Translations under genes and position numbers: made by a program | Source: Candidatus Bathyarchaeia archaeon | Lineage (GTDB): Archaea > Thermoproteota > Bathyarchaeia > Bathyarchaeales > Bathycorpusculaceae | Direction of reading: 5' to 3' | Assembly: GCA_049516875.1 (NCBI GenBank) | Contig: JBEKSS010000015.1 | Coordinates: 1 to 39,022, forward strand | DNA length: 39,022 bases | The notes under the pieces: model-generated | Told to the model about the DNA's origin: nothing | Database searches by the model: none | The model's input: the letters and a program-made list of their open reading frames with translations, nothing else | Shown: positions 9,526 to 19,386 of the stretch, in pieces | Position numbering within the stretch: position 1 is the stretch's first letter | Layout of the letters: each line of letters begins with the position of its first letter

Positions 9526-9987
9526 TCATATTTTAAAATGGCCCTTGTGGCCTCTTCCGAGTCGAGCGTACCCTCTGTCCTGGGGAGCCCTGTGGATGTT
9601 CTTGCTTCCGCATTTGGGACAGCCGCCGGGTCTTCCTCTTCCATGCGGTTCCTCCCACTCGTGGCTACAATCAAGGCATTTGAATTTCCTACTTGCGTCC
9701 GACATGTATTCTCCTCCTTCTATTCGTATTGCTTTGCCATTGACCAACGCATCTGCCACCTTCTTTCTTGCCGCCTCTATGACTCTGTGAAATGTCGGTT
9801 GCGATATGCGCATACTGTCAGCCGCAGCTGTCTGCTCCAATCCCTCGAGATCCTTCAACCGTATCGCTTCAAATTCATCTACGCTCAGGCCGACGCTTTC
9901 TAAGGAGGTCATTGGAACTCCTCTGGGTTTGAAATACGTCACGCCTGGTTCGCAGCATACTCGCCGACAGATTCTGGGTCTAGGCAT
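9526..9987 (-). CDS. DUF134 (UPF0251) HTH protein with C-terminal Zn ribbon
   Basis: MPRPRICRRV, FKPRGVP, EFEAIRLKDLEGLEQ..AA..M.ISQPTF.R, CLDC...CPKCGS. Confidence 0.9.
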   Translation of the reverse strand: MPRPRICRRVCCEPGVTYFKPRGVPMTSLESVGLSVDEFEAIRLKDLEGLEQTAAADSMRISQPTFHRVIEAARKKVADALVNGKAIRIEGGEYMSDASRKFKCLDCSHEWEEPHGRGRPGGCPKCGSKNIHRAPQDRGYARLGRGHKGHFKI

Positions 9988-9989
9988 GA

Positions 9990-10009
9990 TTATGAATAAA
10001 TATTCATAA
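9990..10009. promoter_or_regulatory. Perfect inverted repeat TTATGAATA-AA-TATTCATAA just upstream of the DUF134 start; putative operator
   Basis: 9-bp arms with a 2-bp spacer, separated by 2 bp from the start codon of an HTH gene heading a 4-gene operon. Confidence 0.6.
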
Positions 10010-10124
10010 CTCTCTTAAAGGTTTCGCAACGCAAGCTGGAAACACAACATTCCGAAAACATTAAAACAAAACAATAGCTTTTCATAGCGGTCAATTACTT
10101 CAGCGCCTCTTAATGGTGAAAGGT

Positions 10125-10664
10125 ATGAGTGAATATCCTCTTGGAAGTCGGGAAGACCGTAAGATACTAGCAGAAATGCCCATGGAGAAACTGTTTGATT
10201 ATTTCTTTCTGCAGATTCGCAATATTTGGAGAGTTGATGGCCTGTATTTTCTGGGCATCGAAAAGAAGTTTGGGACTGAAGCGGCAACTGAAATTGATGC
10301 TCAGGTTTGGGAGAACATGGCTGCAATTGAGGCCAAGAGCCTGCAACGAATGTTCAAGGTTGGAGAAAACCCAGATGTGGCAACGATTATTGGTCTTTTG
10401 CGCAAATCCAGTTGGGCGCTGGATCAACCTTTCAAGACCATCGAAATTGGAAACAAGCGGGCTACCCTTAGTATTGATAGGTGCAGGACTCAAGAGGCTC
10501 GTCTGGACAAAGGTTTATGCGAATTCCCATGCAAGAAAGTACGGTTTGGATATTTGAAGAATTTCGCGAAGACTCTCAATCCAAGAGTAGAAGTAAACTG
10601 TTTGGTCTGTCCACCAGACAAGCACCCGCTGGACTCGTGGTGCAAATGGGAATTCACAATGTGA
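10125..10664 (+). CDS. DUF6125-like protein
   Basis: DGLYFLGIEKKFG.EAA..ID..VW, CRTQEARL.KGL.EFPCK, CLVCPPD.HP....CKWEF. Confidence 0.75.
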   Translation: MSEYPLGSREDRKILAEMPMEKLFDYFFLQIRNIWRVDGLYFLGIEKKFGTEAATEIDAQVWENMAAIEAKSLQRMFKVGENPDVATIIGLLRKSSWALDQPFKTIEIGNKRATLSIDRCRTQEARLDKGLCEFPCKKVRFGYLKNFAKTLNPRVEVNCLVCPPDKHPLDSWCKWEFTM

Positions 10665-10725
10665 CGCGTGCGGGTAAGACATAAGTTCTGCAGAAACAAC
10701 GTCATCCTATTCGCGGGGAAAGATC

Positions 10726-11394
10726 GTGGTTAAATGTAGCAAATGTACCGTTTTCGTGTGCGAACACCCTCAACGAGCTCGAGTTACTTCCAAGCTGGAT
10801 TTTTGTCCGATGAACGTTGAAAAAGGTGTCCTGAGGAAAGCTAGGGAAGAATATGAAAAACTTGGCGTGGGAAGATTAGCTCATGCTTCTGCTCTGGTGG
10901 AGTCAGAAGGTTATATGAAGTGGACCAGAGTCGAAGACACGATGGAATTTGCCAGAAGGATGAATTTCGACAAGCTTGGTGTTGCCTGCTGTGTGGGATT
11001 GGCCGAGGAGGGAAGAATGCTGACTGATATTCTCGAATCCAATGGTTTCGAGGTGACTTTTGTATTCTGCAAGACTGGTGGTGTTCCAAAGGAGGAGTTG
11101 GGACTGAAAGACAGCGAGAAAGTACATCCCGGCACCTTCGAGCCTATTTGCAACCCAGTAGCACAAGCTCTAATCATGAACAAGGCGAAAACAGAGCTGA
11201 ACATAATTGTAGGACTCTGCGTAGGACATGACTCAACCTTCATCAAGTATTCCAAAGCACCCGTAACAGTCTTAGTTGCTAAGGACAGAGTCCTGTGCCA
11301 CAATCCTGTTGGAGCATTATACACTGCAAAGGGATACTACAAACACAAACTCTATGACATGCACAGAGCACGCACCAGAATCAAAGCGCCCTAG
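10726..11394 (+). CDS. DUF1847 family metal-binding protein
   Basis: TRVEDTMEFARRM...KLGVACCVGL, CKTGG, CNPVAQA, GLCVGHDS.F, KDRVLCHNP. Confidence 0.88.
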   Translation: MVKCSKCTVFVCEHPQRARVTSKLDFCPMNVEKGVLRKAREEYEKLGVGRLAHASALVESEGYMKWTRVEDTMEFARRMNFDKLGVACCVGLAEEGRMLTDILESNGFEVTFVFCKTGGVPKEELGLKDSEKVHPGTFEPICNPVAQALIMNKAKTELNIIVGLCVGHDSTFIKYSKAPVTVLVAKDRVLCHNPVGALYTAKGYYKHKLYDMHRARTRIKAP

Positions 11395-11407
11395 ATTTGC
11401 AGTATAT

Positions 11408-11592
11408 TAGCGCGCATGCCTGTTCCGAAATTGGCTAAAAATGGTTTTTGTTCGCTTCTTGCGTTTTTGGGTCGGTTTTGGGCTTCGCATTTGTTCTTCA
11501 TTTCTTTGCGGTAACAGGCCTTCTCGAACGCGTAGAAGTGTGTAAAAACGAATTAAGACCATTGACCATTTTAGGAACACGCATGCGCGCTA
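11408..11592. mobile_element. MITE-like inverted-repeat element, copy 2 (185 bp, opposite orientation to copy 1)
   Basis: Ends TAGCGCGCATGCCTGTTCCGAAATTGG...CCATTTTAGGAACACGCATGCGCGCTA. The reverse-complemented interior matches copy 1 (acacttct..gttcgagaaggc..gaacaaatgcgaag). Confidence 0.85.
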
Positions 11593-11637
11593 AGATAGTC
11601 TAATAAATGTACGTGAATAGACAAATTGGGGGTTTGT

Positions 11638-12588
11638 ATGTCAGAAATCGCTGAAGTTGCGGCTCATGGCGGTGCTGGTTGGTCTGCCAGAATGAAGTCA
11701 CTACGTGATGAGATTGGAGAGATATGGAGAGCGTGTGGTGTCGAATCCGAGTGGTCCTGCCTCAAGGCAGTTTTGATGCACCGACCAGGACCTGAGATTG
11801 AAACTGTTGCGGACGCTAACAAGGCACTAATGCTTGATGTGCCAAACCCTCTTCTAGCCAGATGCCAGCATGATAGCTTGGTTGCAGCTTATCGGAACGC
11901 CGGTATCACTGTGTTCTATGTTGAACCATGCAGTACACCTCCACCCAATCAGATGTTTGTGGCTGACCTCTTTTTCATGACACCTGAGGGAGCGGTTTTG
12001 GCACGCCCGGCATCTACTGTCCGTGCTGGCGAGGAGGGATTCGTTGCTCAGAAACTTGCTGAATTGCGCATTCCGATTCTGCGCTACATACGAGGAAGAG
12101 GAGTCTTTGAAGGCGCAGATGCCGCATGGGTTGATTCTACCACTGTCATTCTAGGAACAGGACTGCGTACTAACTTGGAGGGGGCAGTTCAGGTGAAGAA
12201 CCTTCTTCATGAGATGGGTGTTAAGGTTATCAAGGTAGTTTTGCCTGAAGGAGTAATGCATCTAATGGGAACCTTGCGTCTTGTGGACCGAGACCTTGCT
12301 GTTTGTTGGCGAACCCGAATTCCTCAAGCAGCTGTCAAAGCTCTTCGAGATCATGGGTATGATATTGTCTATGTTCCTGACGAAGAGGAAGCAATACGGG
12401 GGATGGCTCTTAACTTCGTGACGTTAGGTCCAAAACGGATCCTAATGCCGACTGGTAATCCTAAAACCCAATCCTTCTATGAAGACATGGGCATCAAATG
12501 TGTAACAGTCAAAGTAGATGAACTTCACAAGGCCGCTGGAGGGGTTGCCTGCCTTACAGGCGTCCTCGAACGGGAGCCAAGCAGATAG
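11638..12588 (+). CDS. Amidinotransferase / arginine deiminase-DDAH superfamily protein
   Basis: SEW..LKAVLMHRPGPE, NQMFVAD, R.GEE, FEGAD, MHL, ELHKAAGGVACLT. Confidence 0.9.
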   Translation: MSEIAEVAAHGGAGWSARMKSLRDEIGEIWRACGVESEWSCLKAVLMHRPGPEIETVADANKALMLDVPNPLLARCQHDSLVAAYRNAGITVFYVEPCSTPPPNQMFVADLFFMTPEGAVLARPASTVRAGEEGFVAQKLAELRIPILRYIRGRGVFEGADAAWVDSTTVILGTGLRTNLEGAVQVKNLLHEMGVKVIKVVLPEGVMHLMGTLRLVDRDLAVCWRTRIPQAAVKALRDHGYDIVYVPDEEEAIRGMALNFVTLGPKRILMPTGNPKTQSFYEDMGIKCVTVKVDELHKAAGGVACLTGVLEREPSR

Positions 12589-12898
12589 AGCGGACGGCGC
12601 GACAAGGCACATGTCGCCCTCAATTTCTGATTGAGGGCTTTGGTGGTTCCATTCTCACTTTTGTTTCAGTCACTTCATCAAACTCTTTCTTCACTTGTTC
12701 CTCAACTTGTGTCGCTGTCAGATTGGCCTTTCCAACCGACATATCACCATCAACAACAGTGTTCGCGCGCTTTCGGTTTGTTGATAGAAAAATGAACTAT
12801 CCTTTCTTTTTATAGCGTGTCCTAGTTCTGTAATCAACTCGAAGGGTAAAATCCTTTTTAGCCTGGGCGCTACAATTTGGAAACTGAGTTGAATTCTC

Positions 12899-13555
12899 TT
12901 GTCTGATAACAATAGGCGGTCTAGTCCGCGACCACGGATTGAGAGTCTTTCAGATTTGATATTTGGCCTGGCGTTATCATTGAGTGCTTACTCGCTTCTC
13001 ACCAGACCACCAACGCAGTTGACAGGCCTCGCAAGCGATATGCTTGCCTTCACTTTCAGTTTTCTCATACTGATTTCGGTTTGGATACGTTACACTGGCA
13101 TAATGTCTGTGCTTCCGATGGAGAACAGGACGACCAGAATGCTTAACGTGGCAATGCTGTTCTCGGTGTCTCTTGTGCCCTACCTGTTCAACCTCGTCAC
13201 ATTGTATGGGCACACAAACGAAACAGTCGTCGTAGAATATGCCTCTGTTTTTTTCGCGGCAGATATGGCGGCGCTGGTTGTCATATTAGCCTTCTTCATC
13301 CATGAACTTACCGTAGAAGAAAAACAGCTCATCTCAGCAGAACTCATGGGGCCTTACAAAAGAGTAAGAAACTCAATGGTGCTCGCGGCTCTTCTTTTCC
13401 TGCTAACAATGGCTCCTCAACTCTGGCAATGGGAAATCCAAAACGTTCCGTTACGATTCTATCTGTGGCTCATACCAATCGCCCTATTCTGGATCGGAAG
13501 GCTCCCCGAAGAACCAAACAAACTCGGAAGTCCAGCGGATCCTATTCGAGACTAG
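12899..13555 (+). CDS. TMEM175 (DUF1211) family K+ channel-like protein
   Basis: RIESLSDLIFGLALS (RxxxFSD-like motif) and about 6 TM helices. Confidence 0.8.
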   Translation: MSDNNRRSSPRPRIESLSDLIFGLALSLSAYSLLTRPPTQLTGLASDMLAFTFSFLILISVWIRYTGIMSVLPMENRTTRMLNVAMLFSVSLVPYLFNLVTLYGHTNETVVVEYASVFFAADMAALVVILAFFIHELTVEEKQLISAELMGPYKRVRNSMVLAALLFLLTMAPQLWQWEIQNVPLRFYLWLIPIALFWIGRLPEEPNKLGSPADPIRD

Positions 13556-13628
13556 AATTCCTAGCGTGTTCTATAAAATACCTTGCATCTTTGCGTTATA
13601 GCTGCCTGATATGGAGGAAGGCGCGCTA

Positions 13629-16082
13629 CTACCATCTTATCTCTGTTTTTTTCACTAGGAGAAACTTGACTAGATCATTGAACAACAATGAGAAAGCAGC
13701 AGAGCAGGATACAACAAGAAGAGTTTGAGTTAGAGATATGGGTTTGAATCCCGGAAGCCCAACTGTAGTCACCACTATTGCGGCTATCATGCTCAGTATT
13801 ATTGCGATGAGCAGGGTTCTGCTTGGCCTAGAGTTCCAGAAGTGTCCTCTTTCTCTGACATTGAATATCAGGAACATGGCCGAGTAGAACAATATTTCGA
13901 ACGTGAATGTGAAAAGGGTCTGGTCAGCTACGGTAAGCTGAAAGATGTTGAGTGCGACATAAAGCAGAGCAAACGATTCGACGATAATGAGCGCACTAAG
14001 TATTGAGGATACTTTCACCAAACCGACTACGTTCCAGGTATCGGGTTTTCTGGACCAGTTCTGATTGTCCGTGGACAATGCAATCTTGACAAAATCGGTC
14101 ATGAAGAAGTACAGTATTATCGCGAAGGCTGACACCACGTAATTCCCCGTTAGAAGGTAGGACAGAACAACAAACGTGGCTATCTGTAGAGTTCTGACTA
14201 TTTTGCTCAGAATCCATGCAGTTATCCTCTCATAAATCACTCGTCCATTCTTGACCAAATCTACTATGCTGGTTAGCCCTTCATTCATCAGCACGACGCT
14301 GGCAGCACCCTTTGCCACGTCCGTAGCGCTACTGACAGCTATACCCACCTCTGCTTGCCTAAGCGCTGGTGCATCGTTCACGCCGTCGCCCGTCATCCCG
14401 ACCACATGCTTTGCGGCTTGGAGGCTTTTGACTATAGTGTACTTGTCTTCAGGATAGATTTCAGCGAACCCGTCACTCTTATCAGCTGCATCTGCCGCTT
14501 CTATCGCATTTTCCTTGATGAATTCTTTGAGGTCTGAAGCTCTGATCACGTTGTCGCCGAGACCAACATCTGCAGCTATCTCTTTTGCTATAGGAAGCGC
14601 ATCGCCAGTCAGCATTTTGACAGATATGCCCAGCTCTCTGAGTTCCTGTATGAGCTGTTTTGAGTCGAGTCGGGGCGGGTCGTGAAGCGTTACCAAACCG
14701 ACAAGTTCAGGCTGCTCCTCGGCGTTTGTCTTGGCAACCGCAAGGGTTCTGTAGCCTTTTCTAGCGAATTCACTCATTTGTGACTCTAATTGCTCCAAAG
14801 TCTTACCGTCGAGTCCGCATGCCCGGGCAATAACGTTGACAGCTCCCTTCATTACTCTGAATTCATGGTTGTTCTTCTGCACCAAAGCCTCAGTTCTTCG
14901 TGTTTTCGGATCGAATGGAGTGAAGTCTTTCTGTTTGAATGAGGGGTCTAAGAGGTTTTGTTGTTTGACCATCGTTAGGAAGGATAAATCAATGGGGTCT
15001 TGATTCGCCTCTTGTGAAGCTAGAGCTCCGTAGAAGAGAACTTGCTGTTCACTGAATCCCTTTGATGGTATCACTTTTGCGATTGAGAGTCTGTTCATTG
15101 TTATTGTGCCTGTCTTGTCTGCGCAAAGAACATTCATGGTTGCTGCGTCTTCGGAAGCGCTCAGTGTCGTTACTAGAACGCCTTTTTTGGCAAGTTCCAT
15201 TGAGCCTATTGCCATGCTGACAGTGAACATTGCTGGCAGAGCAACAGGTATTGCTGACAATAGAAGGACCAAGACTATGGGCAGAAGGTCAACCAAGTTC
15301 TTGGTTTCAAGTACTGAAAAGACAAGGGCAAGCGCAACTAACAAGACGACAATTACGAGGAGCCATCTGACGACGTTTGAGACGACTTCTTCCATGTGTA
15401 GCTTGGGTTTGGCCAGTTGGACGAGTTGGACAGTTCTACCAAAGTAGGTGTTTACTCCTGTTGAGACAACTATGCCGTTTGACTCGCCTCTCTTTACGAT
15501 AGAACCGGAATAGAGAATCTCTTCAGACTTCTTTTCTTGGTTCACCGATTCGCCTGTTAAGGCTGATTGGTCGACTTCAAGCTCGCCCGTTGCTATTTTA
15601 ATGTCGGCAGGCACAAAGTCTCCTGACCTGTTTCTGACTATGTCCCCTGGCACAAGTTCTCTAGCGGCTACTACTTTCCATGAGCCGTCTCTAAGGACTC
15701 TTGCGCTAACCTGAAGTCTTTTCTTCAGGGCTTCCACCGCGCTTGACGCTCTCTGTTCTTCCGCAAAACCCAGTACTGAGTTAAAGACAAGCAGCCCTGT
15801 AACTATAAATAAGTCGGGGTATCTGTGCAGGAACCATGAGATGATTATTATAATCTCAAGCATCCATGCGGTGAGACCCCAGAACCTCTTGGCAAACCTC
15901 GCTAGAGGGTTTGCCTTCTTTTCAGGAACTTCATTGTGCCCGTACTGTTTCAATCGGGCTTCAACTTCAAAGCTATTGAGCCCAATACTCAGGTCCGTAT
16001 GGAGTGACCTCAATACTTCTTCGGTTTTGGTCTTGTCAAAGGCTGGGTCTTTTTCTGTCAGTCGGAATTTCTCCTTGAACAT
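13629..16082 (-). CDS. P-type IIIA plasma-membrane H+-ATPase
   Basis: DQSALTGES, IPVALP, DKTGT, KGA, MLTGD, GDGVNDAPAL. Start taken at ATG 16082. Confidence 0.93.
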   Translation of the reverse strand: MFKEKFRLTEKDPAFDKTKTEEVLRSLHTDLSIGLNSFEVEARLKQYGHNEVPEKKANPLARFAKRFWGLTAWMLEIIIIISWFLHRYPDLFIVTGLLVFNSVLGFAEEQRASSAVEALKKRLQVSARVLRDGSWKVVAARELVPGDIVRNRSGDFVPADIKIATGELEVDQSALTGESVNQEKKSEEILYSGSIVKRGESNGIVVSTGVNTYFGRTVQLVQLAKPKLHMEEVVSNVVRWLLVIVVLLVALALVFSVLETKNLVDLLPIVLVLLLSAIPVALPAMFTVSMAIGSMELAKKGVLVTTLSASEDAATMNVLCADKTGTITMNRLSIAKVIPSKGFSEQQVLFYGALASQEANQDPIDLSFLTMVKQQNLLDPSFKQKDFTPFDPKTRRTEALVQKNNHEFRVMKGAVNVIARACGLDGKTLEQLESQMSEFARKGYRTLAVAKTNAEEQPELVGLVTLHDPPRLDSKQLIQELRELGISVKMLTGDALPIAKEIAADVGLGDNVIRASDLKEFIKENAIEAADAADKSDGFAEIYPEDKYTIVKSLQAAKHVVGMTGDGVNDAPALRQAEVGIAVSSATDVAKGAASVVLMNEGLTSIVDLVKNGRVIYERITAWILSKIVRTLQIATFVVLSYLLTGNYVVSAFAIILYFFMTDFVKIALSTDNQNWSRKPDTWNVVGLVKVSSILSALIIVESFALLYVALNIFQLTVADQTLFTFTFEILFYSAMFLIFNVRERGHFWNSRPSRTLLIAIILSMIAAIVVTTVGLPGFKPISLTQTLLVVSCSAAFSLLFNDLVKFLLVKKTEIRW

Positions 16083-16173
16083 TGGTCTAGCGCGCGCTGA
16101 TCTTAAATGGGTAAAATAACAATCTGCATTTAGAGATATAAAAAAGGGATTAAGTTGGCGGCATTCTGTGATC

Positions 16174-16479
16174 CTACAAGGTTTTTGCCACTTCGCTGAA
16201 GAGTACAACGGGTCTTATGTCAACTGTCATTGGACCAAAGAACTTTGTGACGGTTGGGGCACTGTCGGCGTCTATGATGAAGAACCCTTTATGCTCTGTA
16301 CTTTTGTCTTTGGGACAACTGACATAGGCTCCGACTATTTTGAGACCCGATTTCCTAACGTTTTCGTCTGAAAAGAGCTTCTTTATCATTGTTTTCCCTT
16401 CAGGCGTTTCTAATGGGCATTTTGCGGTAGGATGGGTATGGGCAGCGACAAATAGCAAAGACTCATCTCCCTTTTGCAT
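16174..16479 (-). CDS. Small hypothetical protein (DUF3303/GYD-like)
   Basis: HTHPTAKCP, EHKGFFIIDADS; co-oriented downstream of the OsmC gene. Confidence 0.65.
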   Translation of the reverse strand: MQKGDESLLFVAAHTHPTAKCPLETPEGKTMIKKLFSDENVRKSGLKIVGAYVSCPKDKSTEHKGFFIIDADSAPTVTKFFGPMTVDIRPVVLFSEVAKTL

Positions 16480-16503
16480 TTCAACTTGAAGTATCTGCTC
16501 TGA

Positions 16504-16920
16504 CTATTTTGGCACCACTTCAAATTCCACTTTCAGTGGTATTGGCTCCTTAAATATCGAGAGAACTGGGCAGTTTGCTTCTGTTCTTCTCCAAGCGCTT
16601 TCCAATAGTTCCTTTCTTGCCGTTGCGCAGACTTTTGTTTTGATTGTCACTCCAGTCAGTATCGGGGAGTCAGCAGGTTTTTCAGCTTCCGCGACAGCTT
16701 CGATCTTGGCGAGTTCGATTTTGCTTTGTTTGCAGACATCGGCGAATATTGTCACGGCACAATCAGCCAAGGCCATTAGAGCCAATTCAATGGCAGTCGG
16801 GCCTTTATCGTCCCCGCCTGCGGGAGTAGAAAGGTCGCAGACTATGCTGTGTGTTCTTGAATTGTCAACCACCGAACGGACATTTTCGATCCATTTGGCT
16901 GTAGCCTTATACTTCGGCAT
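16504..16920 (-). CDS. OsmC/Ohr family protein
   Basis: D....GGDDKGPTAIELALMALADC...NCPV two-Cys pattern. Confidence 0.88.
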   Translation of the reverse strand: MPKYKATAKWIENVRSVVDNSRTHSIVCDLSTPAGGDDKGPTAIELALMALADCAVTIFADVCKQSKIELAKIEAVAEAEKPADSPILTGVTIKTKVCATARKELLESAWRRTEANCPVLSIFKEPIPLKVEFEVVPK

Positions 16921-16973
16921 TCTTTCACCAGAAACAATCTCTACACCGCCGACAAATTAAGAGTTGCGCAAGC

Positions 16974-17060
16974 TAGCGCGCATGGTTGTTGCCAAAATGG
17001 CCAAGAATGTTTTTATTCTTATTTTGAGGAGCAAGGATAGCGCGCGCATGTGTTCCGAAA
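16974..17060. repeat. Two isolated, co-oriented TIR ends of the MITE-like family
   Basis: TAGCGCGCATGGTTGTTGCCAAAATGGCCAAGAATGTTTTT (16974-17014) and TAGCGCGCGCATGTGTTCCGAAA (17038-17060). Confidence 0.7.
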
Positions 17061-17103
17061 ACAATAAGACGTACATTTCTGTGCTGGATGATCGTGGAGA
17101 ACA

Positions 17104-17553
17104 ATGTCTAAACCTGAGAAGAATGTGGGTATATTGATCTGTGATCGTTACCATACTTGCGCCGGCGGCAAATGCTTAAGAGCATTGAAGAACAAGGAAG
17201 GAGCTTTCAGCTTGTACGCCCATCAGGAAGTGAAGCTCGTGGGATACACCACTTGTGGAGGATGCCCTGGGGGAAACGTTGAATACTGTATCGAAGAAAT
17301 GAAGAAAAACGGCGCTGAAGTGGTTCACTTTGCCACAGGGATGGTCGTGGGTTATCCACCGTGCCCCTACATTGACCAGTTGCGCGACTTTGTAAAGCAG
17401 AAATACGGTATAGACGTGGTTATCGGAACACATCCAATTCCACAGAAATATTACCTGACTCACGAAGCCTTGGGAACTTGGAAATCGCCTGAATGGAAAG
17501 AACGAATCAAGCATGTGCTGACGGATGAGCAGACACGATCAAAATACAATTGA
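17104..17553 (+). CDS. CGGC-domain protein
   Basis: CDRYHTCAGGKC, TTCGGCPGG, YPPCP, VVIGTHPIP. Confidence 0.9.
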   Translation: MSKPEKNVGILICDRYHTCAGGKCLRALKNKEGAFSLYAHQEVKLVGYTTCGGCPGGNVEYCIEEMKKNGAEVVHFATGMVVGYPPCPYIDQLRDFVKQKYGIDVVIGTHPIPQKYYLTHEALGTWKSPEWKERIKHVLTDEQTRSKYN

Positions 17554-17600
17554 ACAAAAACCTTTTTCATTCTTAATATCTTGTAACAATCGATTTCACA

Positions 17601-17906
17601 GAGCGCGCTGCCTTGTCCCGAAATTGGTCTAAAATGGTCAATATTCCTATTTTCGGGTTTAGGGACAGTTTTGATGCATATATGTGTTTTTAGCCCTCCT
17701 GTGTGCCTCGACGTGCCAGACGGACTAGATTAGGCTTCAACGGCTTATGGTAAAACTCTACTTCCATCGAGGTTTGATGGAACCCCGTGATTTGCCATCT
17801 TTCAACGCAGTCAAGATTATCAGTCAAACAAGCCCAAATCACGCTCCAATAGACAAAAGAGGAATAAACACCATTTTTAACCATTTTAGGACAAGCCAGC
17901 GCGCTA
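17601..17906. mobile_element. Longer (~305 bp) element with the same TIR family
   Basis: Left AGCGCGCTGCCTTGTCCCGAAATTGGTCTAAAATGG versus reverse complement of right TAGCGCGCTGGCTTGTCCTAAAATGGTTAAAAATGG. Subterminal similarity (gggacagttttg; caaaag.g.gaataaa) to one end of copy 1. Confidence 0.78.
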
Positions 17907-18030
17907 CCTAATCGAAGAAGGCCGAGCCAACGCACCGTCAGAGTCATTCCAAGCCGTCCTCAAGCTCGCCGAACAAGTGCTCAGCCCCAACGACTGGGCA
18001 GCCCTAAAGTCGAAGGCCGGCATCAAATAG
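17905..18030 (+). pseudogene. Startless C-terminal gene fragment beginning at the TIR end
   Basis: Open frame YLIEEGRANAPSESFQAVLKLAEQVLSPNDWAALKSKAGIK* begins right after GCGCGC. Confidence 0.35.
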
Positions 18031-18180
18031 CAGCCGGACCTCAGCATCGCACTTGGGACATTTTAATCATTTCATAACAACCGTCACCGACGATATGTGA
18101 AACGTAGAGTCCACAATCCCTTCTTGTCTGCTTTGTCGCGGGATAGCCAGTCTGCAAAAGACATGATTGCTCGCATTCAC

Positions 18181-19305
18181 CTAGACAGGGCGTAAGTCGC
18201 GATTCTTCTTTCGCCATCGCCTCGCCAACAGGAAGGGAAGAAGCGAAGCTGCTCCTAGCACAGTTGTGATTACTGGGAGGAAACGCCGCGCAAGTGCGGT
18301 TAAAGCTTGACTTTCGGACGCAAAGTGCGTGGTTGCAGTGTTGTTGATGCTTGAAACATCCCAAAGAACTCTTCCAGGAGTCAACGTGTGCCCACTGTAG
18401 TAAAAAATGATCTCGTGCGGGTCTTGAAGCGGATGTTTATAGTATTGGACGTCTACGCCAGCGTACGCTGCACCTCCCCACATTAAGTCATGATCAAGGT
18501 AAGAGTGGTCGCCTTGAAGTGACCAAGACTTATCGACCAAAGTCCAGCCTGTCTGTCTGAGCATTTCGGGTTCTTTAACGTCTACTTGCCAATGAGTGTC
18601 AGTTATGGCTTGGCTGCTTATGATGCCGAACTGAAAATAGTTGATGTATCGACTGTACGGAAAAGGGTCAATAATCACGTTTCCCGCGTAAAACCTCGGT
18701 ATCATGTTTTGGCAGTTGGGCATGCCAATCACGTTCACTGCAATGAGCGTTTCCTCATGTCCAGAAACGGATATCGAGTAGTCTACAAAGCCATTGTTAT
18801 CCCAATTCTGAAGCAGAGTGATCGGTGTTGATCTGTCGATTCCAACGATTTGCCAGGTGTAAGAGTAAACAAGGCTGGACGTACACGTTTGAATTGGAAG
18901 CGTGGCCTCCTCTGTTTGATGCAATCCCAAATCGATGAACAGCTTGCCCGAAGCGTCGAGCACAAGCATCATGTAGAAGCCATAATCCACGTTGCGAAAC
19001 ACATGATCCTGGGCTTGAACAAACATGCCGCCTCCGAGCCAACAACCAGAAGGCAAGAACTCCGGCTCAGTTGAAGGAAAGCTAATCGTAACTGCAGTAG
19101 CATTAACGGTTTCGCGCAGGCTCAGATCATCAGCGATCACATGGAAACCCGCTATGTAAGGCATGTTAGAATTCAGTCTAGCAACATGATGTTCAGACGT
19201 TGGGTTTAACTCAGGCAAATCGAAACCCTCCACTTGAGAAACAGCCAGCGAACTAACAATAAGCATCAAGATGACTACAGCGAGCCCGCATCGTCTCAGC
19301 AACAT
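18181..19305 (-). CDS. Secreted/membrane-anchored hypothetical protein
   Basis: Signal-like MLLRRCGLAVVILMLIVSSLA, beta-rich body, C-terminal TM plus basic tail. Confidence 0.75.
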   Translation of the reverse strand: MLLRRCGLAVVILMLIVSSLAVSQVEGFDLPELNPTSEHHVARLNSNMPYIAGFHVIADDLSLRETVNATAVTISFPSTEPEFLPSGCWLGGGMFVQAQDHVFRNVDYGFYMMLVLDASGKLFIDLGLHQTEEATLPIQTCTSSLVYSYTWQIVGIDRSTPITLLQNWDNNGFVDYSISVSGHEETLIAVNVIGMPNCQNMIPRFYAGNVIIDPFPYSRYINYFQFGIISSQAITDTHWQVDVKEPEMLRQTGWTLVDKSWSLQGDHSYLDHDLMWGGAAYAGVDVQYYKHPLQDPHEIIFYYSGHTLTPGRVLWDVSSINNTATTHFASESQALTALARRFLPVITTVLGAASLLPFLLARRWRKKNRDLRPV

Positions 19306-19386
19306 GACCCGTTCCGTGAACAGTTCTGAACCGCATTTGATAAGACTTGCGCAAATCTTAACTTCGACAGGAACAAACCTGTTTCC

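Noticed and set aside
9037-9903. 288-aa + strand ORF and many other overlapping ORFs (e.g. 16-363, 960-1457, 26169-26654)
   Set aside because: Antisense shadows of well-supported genes on the opposite strand.
16083-16208. N-terminal extensions of the ATPase (also Mrp, MBL hydrolase, SRPBCC, and the 18181 and 21342 ORFs)
   Set aside because: They overlap neighbouring genes or repeats; downstream starts fit family lengths better.
4339-17906. A complete casposon
   Set aside because: No family B polymerase, no intact cas1, and the cas1-like remnant lies outside the paired TIRs.
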